A stretch of DNA of 4,880 nt. Source: a virus (taxonomy: Duplodnaviria > Heunggongvirae > Uroviricota > Caudoviricetes). Position numbers and translations under genes: made by a program. Positions 1-4,880 of the stretch are shown here, in pieces (the first letter of the stretch is position 1; each line of letters starts with the position of its first letter). The stretch lies in IMG/VR virus record IMGVR_UViG_2690316166_000015, one strand, 5' to 3'. The notes beneath the pieces are model-generated. The model ran no database searches, was not told the origin of the DNA, and saw only the letters and a program-made list of their open reading frames with translations.

Positions 1-48
1 AAGTCTGTGAATACGTTCAAGAACCCCGGCTGCCGCAATGTTTTTCAT
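1..48 (-). CDS. 5' end of a CDS running off the window start (ATG at 48; first residues MKNIAAAGVLERIHRL). Possibly a DnaC/P-like helicase loader, judged only from operon position and N-terminal style.
   Basis: ATG at 48..46 on the minus strand, preceded by GGGGGTGA (Shine-Dalgarno-like) about 7 nt upstream; begins 6 nt after the stop of the upstream initiator gene; open to the window edge. Only 16 codons visible, so product assignment is a guess. Confidence 0.35.
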   Translation of the reverse strand, partial: MKNIAAAGVLERIHRL

Positions 49-54
49 GCCACA

Positions 55-1119
55 TCACCCCCTGAATCCCGGCGGAATTTCGGTATCCGGTTCAGAAATA
101 TGATTCACACAACGCTGGTTGTTCGTGCCGCTTACCGGGAGCAACCAGGGGTTTTCAAAATTCCGGTCCGGCCCAAAAAACGTCGTCGCTCGCTGAACAA
201 ATTCCGTTCCCGCTTTCCCGGTCGCCGCCAGGTATCTCGCGTAACGCCTCACACCATCCAGCATGGTCTCTGGTGGCACCCCCTCGCGCAATCTGGCCTT
301 CCAGGCACTGAATGCGGATTTCTTCGGGTTTGCCCCGGCACGCAACGGGTATTCCCGCCAGACCTGTTCGAACACATCCGGATAATCCACTCGTCCCACA
401 GGCTGCCCGGTGTTTTCCGGGGCTACCCGATCGGCTTCCCGCTGAATGGCGGAATCGGCTTCAGGCTGCTGCAGTTGGAGTGATTGCTCCGGCCTTGCGG
501 TCATCACCTGCTGCACAGCGCCCGAATCGGCTTTCAGCGCATACGCTGAATCGGCTTCCGGTGTCGAGCCTGCTGGCTGACCAGGATTGACGGTCTGAAC
601 ATCCCCTGCCTGGTTCGTGGCGTTTTTTACGCCATGGACCATAGTGTTTTGATCTTCTTTATCTGTATCTTTATCTGTATCTGTCGTGACTCGTCGTGAC
701 ATGTGCGTGACATTTCGTGACGCGCCGTGACAATCGCCATTTTGTTCCCGCTTTCTTTCCCTCTCTCGCTGCGCCCTCTTGCGCTCTGCAGGAGATTTTG
801 CGGTTTGCGAAATATTGCCGTTGTCCTCTTTAAGCACCTGGCGTTTTTCCCATCCAGTGATTAAATCACCATCAAGTACCCGCCCCTGCATCGTCTGCAA
901 AATTGAATCAATTACCTCTTCTGTCACGTCGAGCGCACTTGCCAAATCTTCTGTCGTGACATCAATGTGACCTCGCGTGACATTTCGTGACGCGCTCACC
1001 AGGAGGTGGATATACACTGCCATCACTGTTGCAATTGGCTGCCCTGACACCCTGGCAATTGTTCGCCACTTAGGGTCATTTGGCATGTCATGCCATAATC
1101 TGAGCCAGGCGTTAGCCAT
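55..1119 (-). CDS. Phage replication initiator (lambda O-like / prophage replication-protein family), about 354 aa
   Basis: Long minus-strand ORF from the six-frame track (55..1125). I place the start at ATG 1119..1117 (MANAWLRLWHDMPNDPKW...) because GAGGTG lies 4-5 nt upstream; the GTG at 1125 sits inside that Shine-Dalgarno. Architecture: N-terminal domain, charged low-complexity linker (ERKRAQRERERKREQ, DTDKDTDKED), C-terminal domain with YPDVFEQVWREYP...KKSAFSAWKARL, which I recall from prophage replication proteins. Iteron-like repeats lie inside the gene. Family recalled from memory, not searched. Confidence 0.7.
   Translation of the reverse strand: MANAWLRLWHDMPNDPKWRTIARVSGQPIATVMAVYIHLLVSASRNVTRGHIDVTTEDLASALDVTEEVIDSILQTMQGRVLDGDLITGWEKRQVLKEDNGNISQTAKSPAERKRAQRERERKREQNGDCHGASRNVTHMSRRVTTDTDKDTDKEDQNTMVHGVKNATNQAGDVQTVNPGQPAGSTPEADSAYALKADSGAVQQVMTARPEQSLQLQQPEADSAIQREADRVAPENTGQPVGRVDYPDVFEQVWREYPLRAGANPKKSAFSAWKARLREGVPPETMLDGVRRYARYLAATGKAGTEFVQRATTFFGPDRNFENPWLLPVSGTNNQRCVNHISEPDTEIPPGFRG
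658..681. repeat. Perfect 12-bp tandem direct repeat TTTATCTGTATC x2 in an AT-rich stretch
   Basis: Read directly: 658-669 and 670-681 are identical. On the minus strand this encodes the DTDKDTDK part of the initiator linker. Confidence 0.9.
681..731. repeat. Iteron-like cluster A: five CGTGAC hexamers at about 10-11 bp phasing
   Basis: CGTGAC at 685-690, 695-700, 706-711, 716-721, 726-731 (spacings 10, 11, 10, 10). Contains a 21-bp block GCGTGACATTTCGTGACGCGC (705-725) repeated perfectly in cluster B. Confidence 0.8.
921..1000. repeat. Iteron-like cluster B: four phased GTGAC-containing units plus one inverted copy
   Basis: CGTGAC at 955-960, TGTGAC at 966-971, CGTGAC at 976-981 and 986-991; inverted copy GTCACG at 923-928. 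CTGTCGTGAC (951-960) and the 21-bp block (975-995) are perfect copies of 681-690 and 705-725, both offset by exactly 270 bp. Confidence 0.8.
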
Positions 1120-1190
1120 ACTCACCTCTTCTGATACCGAATCTTTTTACTCACGAGTTGCCGGGAGCGATTCGATATGGCTATTGTCAG

Positions 1191-1616
1191 TCAATGTACT
1201 GCCACAGCATTTCCTGCCGGGCCACCACGGTTCATCTGATTGAAACCGGCGATTGCCACTGCGACAAAATCATCAGCGTCTCTCACCAGTCGTTCATGCG
1301 TCTCCACCAGTTCCCGAAAATAAGCTGAACTGTGGCTGCGCATTCGAGCCACCAGCGGAGGTGGCATTGCCCTTTCGATCGCAGGTAACAACGCCTGAAT
1401 TTTTTCAACAGCGTCAGGGGTGTCTTTATCCAGCCAACGGAAAATCTTTTGGGTGTTGAGATAAAGCGTGTTGTGCTTGCTGTCGTTATGCAGAACCGGA
1501 AACGTCATTCCCAGTTCGAAATAAACCCTGGTTATTTCAGCTGCCGGAACTTTTTCACCGTCCGGATGCGCCCAGGCTTTCATCGCCATGCGGATGTGTT
1601 CATGCTTGATTTTCAT
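1191..1616 (-). CDS. ydaT: YdaT-like protein (prophage CII-like regulator / putative toxin family), 141 aa
   Basis: Complete ORF in the track; N-terminus MKIKHEHI matches my recollection of Rac prophage YdaT-family proteins; sits between an upstream regulator-side gene and the replication initiator as in Rac-type early operons; start overlaps the upstream gene stop (ATGA). Confidence 0.65.
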   Translation of the reverse strand: MKIKHEHIRMAMKAWAHPDGEKVPAAEITRVYFELGMTFPVLHNDSKHNTLYLNTQKIFRWLDKDTPDAVEKIQALLPAIERAMPPPLVARMRSHSSAYFRELVETHERLVRDADDFVAVAIAGFNQMNRGGPAGNAVAVH

Positions 1617-1781
1617 GAATCAACCCCCGCCGATGGTTGTGTGTTAGCCTGAAACTCAGCAGGCAAGCCGTCAGTTGGGTTGGGGTAGGTTTTACTGTCA
1701 ATCTCATGTGGGGTCACCACCCATCCCGTTGCTTCACACCAACGTAATATTTTTTCTCCTGTAAGTTTTGCACGCCCCGTT
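1613..1781 (-). CDS. 3' portion of a CDS whose 5' part is N-masked (visible C-terminus ...TGRAKLTGEKILRWCEATGWVVTPHEIDSKTYPNPTDGLPAEFQANTQPSAGVDS); function not recognised
   Basis: Open minus-strand frame from the mask boundary down to a TGA at 1615..1613 that overlaps the ydaT-like ATG (1616..1614). This coupling supports real coding. The 496-aa ORF in the track is an artefact of reading through N. Confidence 0.45.
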
Positions 1782-2926
1782 NNNNNNNNNNNNNNNNNNN
1801 NNNNNNNNNNNNNNNNNNNNNNNNNNNNNNNNNNNNNNNNNNNNNNNNNNNNNNNNNNNNNNNNNNNNNNNNNNNNNNNNNNNNNNNNNNNNNNNNNNNN
1901 NNNNNNNNNNNNNNNNNNNNNNNNNNNNNNNNNNNNNNNNNNNNNNNNNNNNNNNNNNNNNNNNNNNNNNNNNNNNNNNNNNNNNNNNNNNNNNNNNNNN
2001 NNNNNNNNNNNNNNNNNNNNNNNNNNNNNNNNNNNNNNNNNNNNNNNNNNNNNNNNNNNNNNNNNNNNNNNNNNNNNNNNNNNNNNNNNNNNNNNNNNNN
2101 NNNNNNNNNNNNNNNNNNNNNNNNNNNNNNNNNNNNNNNNNNNNNNNNNNNNNNNNNNNNNNNNNNNNNNNNNNNNNNNNNNNNNNNACACAAGGGGCGG
2201 TAAGTCACTANNNNNNNNNNNNNNNNNNNNNNNNNNNNNNNNNNNNNNNNNNNNNNNNNNNNNNNNNNNNNNNNNNNNNNNNNNNNNNNNNNNNNNNNNN
2301 NNNNNNNNNNNNNNNNNNNNNNNNNNNNNNNNNNNNNNNNNNNNNNNNNNNNNNNNNNNNNNNNNNNNNNNNNNNNNNNNNNNNNNNNNNNNNNNNNNNN
2401 NNNNNACCAGCAGACACAGAACAAACAGAGGATGANNNNNNNNNNNNNNNNNNNNNNNNNNNNNNNNNNNNNNNNNNNNNNNNNNNNNNNNNNNNNNNNN
2501 NNNNNNNNNNNNNNNNNNNNNNNNNNNNNNNNNNNNNNNNNNNNNNNNNNNNNNNNNNNNNNNNNNNNNNNNNNNNNNNNNNNNNNNNNNNNNNNNNNNN
2601 NNNNNNNNNNNNNNNNNNNNNNNNNNNNNNNNNNNNNNNNNNNNNNNNNNNNNNNNNNNNNNNNNNNNNNNNNNNNNNNNNNNNNNNNNNNNNNNNNNNN
2701 NNNNNNNNNNNNNNNNNNNNNNNNNNNNNNNNNNNNNNNNNNNNNNNNNNNNNNNNNNNNNNNNNNNNNNNNNNNNNNNNNNNNNNNNNNNNNNNNNNNN
2801 NNNNNNNNNNNNNNNNNNNNNNNNNNNNNNNNNNNNNNNNNNNNNNNNNNNNNNNNNNNNNNNNNNNNNNNNNNNNNNNNNNNNNNNNNNNNNNNNNNNN
2901 NNNNNNNNNNNNNNNNNNNNNNNNNN
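1782..2926. other. Unreadable: three N-masked blocks (1782-2187, 2211-2405, 2436-2926) with two short readable islands (2188-2210, 2406-2435)
   Basis: Sequence is N; no inference possible about content. Island 2406-2435 ends ...CAGAGGATGA and island 2188-2210 contains TAA and a minus-strand TAG, consistent with short intergenic spacers but not diagnostic. Confidence 0.99.
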
Positions 2927-3131
2927 CCTTCCAAGGTCGTTTTGCCTTACGATATTCGTCATAAACTTTGGGGTCGTACTGAAGTTCCCCGCCAGATGCC
3001 TCTTGCAGGCGCATCGCGCGACCTTCAGGAACCAGTTCCCCCCATGCAGCAATGCTTGCCAGCCTAACTCCTGCGGCATTGGCAAGCTTTGTTTTGCTGC
3101 CAAAAAACGCTATAGCATCAATTTTCAACAT
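2927..3131 (-). CDS. dicC: Cro-like small DNA-binding protein (DicC / P22-Cro-like); 3' end lies in the masked block
   Basis: ATG at 3131..3129 on the minus strand with AAGGAG Shine-Dalgarno 6-7 nt upstream (complement of 3137-3143). Visible 68 aa: MLKIDAIAFFGSKTKLANAAGVRLASIAAWGELVPEGRAMRLQEASGGELQYDPKVYDEYRKAKRPWK, which resembles P22 Cro/DicC as I recall them. Divergent from a DicA-like repressor. Stop codon not visible. Confidence 0.65.
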
Positions 3132-3207
3132 ATCGAGCTCCTTAGATTTTCCTAAGGAAACTAGATCGTAGAGAAACCTAAGTCAAGAAAAATTAGAATT
3201 CCCTAAT
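3132..3207. promoter_or_regulatory. Divergent promoter/operator region between the cro-like and dicA-like genes, with three operator-like palindromes
   Basis: CCTTAG-attttc-CTAAGG at 3140-3157; degenerate GTAG-agaaac-CTAAG at 3168-3182; ATTAG-aattcc-CTAAT at 3192-3207; centres about 25 bp apart. Candidate leftward promoter: -35 TTGACT (complement of 3181-3186), 17-bp spacer, -10 TAGTTT (complement of 3158-3163). Candidate rightward -10 TAGAAT at 3194-3199. Confidence 0.6.
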
Positions 3208-3615
3208 ATGAAAAACGAAACCTTCGGTGCTCGCCTCTTACATAGGCGTAAAAAATTAAAACTGTCTCAGGCCGCATTAGGTAAGCTGGTCAAAGTGGCT
3301 CACGTAACAATTTCTCAATGGGAAAGAGATGAAACACAGCCGGCGGGGAAAAGATTATTCGCACTGAGCCAAGCGCTTCAGTGCTCACCGACTTGGCTTC
3401 TTTTTGGGGATGAAGATAAACAACCAGGCGAACCGATCCCGGATAATCAGCCAGCCATTCTGACAGAAGATCAAAAAGAGTTACTTCAACTGTTCGACGC
3501 ACTGCCTGAGTCAGAGCAAAAGGCCCTGTTGTCAGAGATGCGTGCTCGAGTTGAAAATTTCAACAAACTTTTTGAAGAACTACTCAAAGCTCGCAAAAGA
3601 AGCGCAAACAAATAA
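3208..3615 (+). CDS. dicA: HTH XRE-family repressor, DicA-like (CI-functional analogue), 135 aa
   Basis: Complete ORF. Sequence ...LSQAALGKLVKVAHVTISQWERDETQPAGKRLFALSQALQCSPTWLLFGDEDKQP...MRARVENFNKLFEELLKARKR matches my memory of E. coli Qin prophage DicA closely. Divergent to a cro-like gene and followed by a ydfA-like gene, as in the Qin dicA locus. Confidence 0.8.
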   Translation: MKNETFGARLLHRRKKLKLSQAALGKLVKVAHVTISQWERDETQPAGKRLFALSQALQCSPTWLLFGDEDKQPGEPIPDNQPAILTEDQKELLQLFDALPESEQKALLSEMRARVENFNKLFEELLKARKRSANK

Positions 3616-3688
3616 TCCCCTTTTTTCTCCACACCCTGTAATAAAAAGCACAAACTTTCAAACACTTGTGTTTTTTACATCAAAAAAA

Positions 3689-3735
3689 CTTAGGTTTTTC
3701 TACACAAAAATCTTGACCGCCCACCTTAGGTTATT
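3689..3735 (+). promoter_or_regulatory. Candidate repressor-controlled rightward promoter downstream of dicA (two CTTAGG operator half-sites and a -35-like TTGACC); the -10 would fall in the mask
   Basis: CTTAGG at 3689-3694 and 3725-3730 (same half-site as the dicC/dicA operators); TTGACC at 3713-3718; the expected -10 position (about 3736-3741) is N-masked. Confidence 0.4.
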
Positions 3736-4326
3736 NNNNNNNNNNNNNNNNNNNNNNNNNNNNNNNNNNNNNNNNNNNNNNNNNNNNNNNNNNNNNNNNN
3801 NNNNNNNNNNNNNNNNNNNNNNNNNNNNNNNNNNNNNNNNNNNNNNNNNNNNNNNNNNNNNNNNNNNNNNNNNNNNNNNNNNNNNNNNNNNNNNNNNNNN
3901 NNNNNNNNNNNNNNNNNNNNNNNNNNNNNNNNNNNNNNNNNNNNNNNNNNNNNNNNNNNNNNNNNNNNNNNNNNNNNNNNNNNNNNNNNNNNNNNNNNNN
4001 NNNNNNNNNNNNNNNNNNNNNNNNNNNNNNNNNNNNNNNNNNNNNNNNNNNNNNNNNNNNNNNNNNNNNNNNNNNNNNNNNNNNNNNNNNNNNNNNNNNN
4101 NNNNNNNNNNNNNNNNNNNNNNNNNNNNNNNNNNNNNNNNNNNNNNNNNNNNNNNNNNNNNNNNNNNNNNNNNNNNNNNNNNNNNNNNNNNNNNNNNNNN
4201 NNNNNNNNNNNNNNNNNNNNNNNNNNNNNNNNNNNNNNNNNNNNNNNNNNNNNNNNNNNNNNNNNNNNNNNNNNNNNNNNNNNNNNNNNNNNNNNNNNNN
4301 NNNNNNNNNNNNNNNNNNNNNNNNNN
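3736..4326. other. Unreadable: 591-nt N-masked block between dicA and the ydfA-like ORF
   Basis: Sequence is N; content unknown. Confidence 0.99.
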
Positions 4327-4444
4327 CTGAACAGGGCTAAGTAGCCAGCCTGAGGCATACGAACATGACGGCAGGGTTCAATCTTTAACTATGCAGCAGG
4401 TTTTTTGTTCCGCCACCCCGGCGTTAAGGGGAAATGAGGTCAGC

Positions 4445-4597
4445 ATGGATACTATCGATCTTGGCAACAACGAATCTCTGGTGTACGGCGTGTTCCCCAA
4501 CCAGGACGGCACATTCACCGCCATGACGTATACCAAAAGCAAAACGTTTAAAACCGAATCTGGCGCGCGTTGCTGGTTAGCCAGAAACACTGACTGA
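4445..4597 (+). CDS. ydfA: YdfA-like small protein (DUF1391-type), about 50 aa
   Basis: ATG at 4445 preceded by GAGG (4436-4439) 5 nt upstream; MDTIDLGNNESLVYGVFPNQDGTFTAMTYTKSKTFKTESGARCWLARNTD matches my recollection of Qin YdfA. The track ORF starts at 4391, but that ATG has no Shine-Dalgarno, so I prefer 4445. Confidence 0.6.
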   Translation: MDTIDLGNNESLVYGVFPNQDGTFTAMTYTKSKTFKTESGARCWLARNTD

Positions 4598-4608
4598 TGA
4601 GGCTGACG

Positions 4609-4880
4609 ATGGAATTTAAAGATTTACCGTCTGATGTACAGAAAACAGCAGCTCATACATTGCATTCTGTGCTGCGAGAAATCGGGAAAGATATTGCAAG
4701 CGAGCCAGCAAAAGATCTGGCCCGGAAAATCAAGACCGCTTTCGTTGAGCTTTATAATGTTGGCACTGACTCTGAAACTGTCGAGACCAAGACCGTAAGT
4801 TCACCAATATTCTCACTTGAGCCAAGCGTATTATCAGGTGAAATATGCACCGAGATTTCCAGCGAACTGCTTCCGGTAAT
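4609..4880 (+). CDS. Hypothetical protein, 5' partial (runs off the window end); acidic, not recognised
   Basis: ATG at 4609 with GAGG (4599-4602) 6 nt upstream and 11 nt after the ydfA-like stop; in-frame and stop-free to 4880 (MEFKDLPSDVQKTAAHTLHSVLREIGKDIASEPAKDLARKIKTAFVELYNVGTDSETVETKTVSSPIFSLEPSVLSGEICTEISSELLPV...). Absent from the ORF track only because it has no stop in the window. Confidence 0.55.
   Translation, partial: MEFKDLPSDVQKTAAHTLHSVLREIGKDIASEPAKDLARKIKTAFVELYNVGTDSETVETKTVSSPIFSLEPSVLSGEICTEISSELLPV

Noticed and set aside
1123-1125. GTG at 1125 as the initiator start codon (as in the ORF track)
   Set aside because: That GTG lies within the GAGGTG Shine-Dalgarno for the ATG at 1119, so the ATG two codons downstream is the more plausible start.
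1349-1356. Chi site (GCTGGTGG on the minus strand; CCACCAGC on the plus strand)
   Set aside because: A single Chi octamer in about 5 kb of enterobacterial DNA is expected by background frequency and is not a notable feature on its own.
7-1652. Plus-strand ORFs in the track (7-483, 312-590, 779-970, 977-1243, 1253-1459, 1449-1652)
   Set aside because: All lie antisense to the longer, better-supported minus-strand genes (initiator, ydaT-like), lack convincing ribosome-binding sites and have biased, non-protein-like composition; most likely shadow ORFs in GC-rich DNA.
1613-3131. Very long track ORFs spanning N runs (1613-3103, 1714-2934, 1768-2964, 2208-3131, 2432-3067, 3542-4330, 3726-4358)
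   Set aside because: These are artefacts of translating N as X with no stop codons; only their readable ends were used, and only where independent signals (start codon with Shine-Dalgarno, stop overlap) support coding.
3131-3207. A CRISPR array or other tandem-repeat element in the AT-rich divergent region
   Set aside because: The repeats are short inverted palindromes between divergent regulatory genes, not direct repeats with spacers; the operator interpretation fits much better.
3290-3502. Minus-strand 70-aa ORF inside dicA
   Set aside because: Antisense to a confidently identified repressor gene with no start signals; shadow ORF.
3649-3689. Possible terminator after dicA (short CACAA/TTGTG stem plus T6) and an AT-only palindrome GTTTTTT-acatc-AAAAAAC at 3670-3689
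   Set aside because: Stems are short and AT-rich with no GC clamp, so predicted stability is poor; more likely part of the AT-rich promoter/operator context than an intrinsic terminator.
4335-4346. Palindrome GGCTA-ag-TAGCC containing a CTAAG motif
   Set aside because: Too short (5-bp arms, 2-bp spacer) and with different spacing from the 6-bp-spacer operators; it sits at the mask edge so context is missing; probably coincidental.
4391-4444. ATG at 4391 as the ydfA-like start
   Set aside because: There is no Shine-Dalgarno upstream of 4391, whereas ATG 4445 has GAGG at good spacing and gives the N-terminus MDTIDLG that I recall for YdfA-family proteins.
4378-4590. Minus-strand 70-aa ORF antisense to the ydfA-like gene
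   Set aside because: It overlaps the better-supported plus-strand gene, has no ribosome-binding site and a hydrophobic low-complexity translation; likely spurious.

Overview
This window reads as the early-control and replication region of a lambdoid (Qin/Rac-type) enterobacterial prophage, but 1,683 of 4,880 bases are N-masked and cannot be assessed. All identifications are from reading the sequence and recalling protein families; no database search was run. Right side: a divergent repressor pair, a Cro/DicC-like gene (minus, start 3131) and a DicA-like HTH repressor (plus, 3208-3615), separated by a 76-bp region with three CTTAG-type operator-like palindromes, then a YdfA-like small ORF and an unrecognised partial ORF running off the 3' end. 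Left side (minus strand): a partly masked gene translationally coupled (ATGA overlap) to a YdaT-like gene, then an O-like replication initiator (55-1119), then the first 16 codons of a further gene. The most notable directly visible signal is inside the initiator gene: two clusters of helically phased CGTGAC hexamers 270 bp apart, next to an AT-rich perfect 12-bp tandem repeat, which I interpret as an iteron-type origin embedded in the gene. I could not identify a clearly novel system in the readable bases; if one exists it is most likely inside the masked blocks (1782-2926 and 3736-4326).
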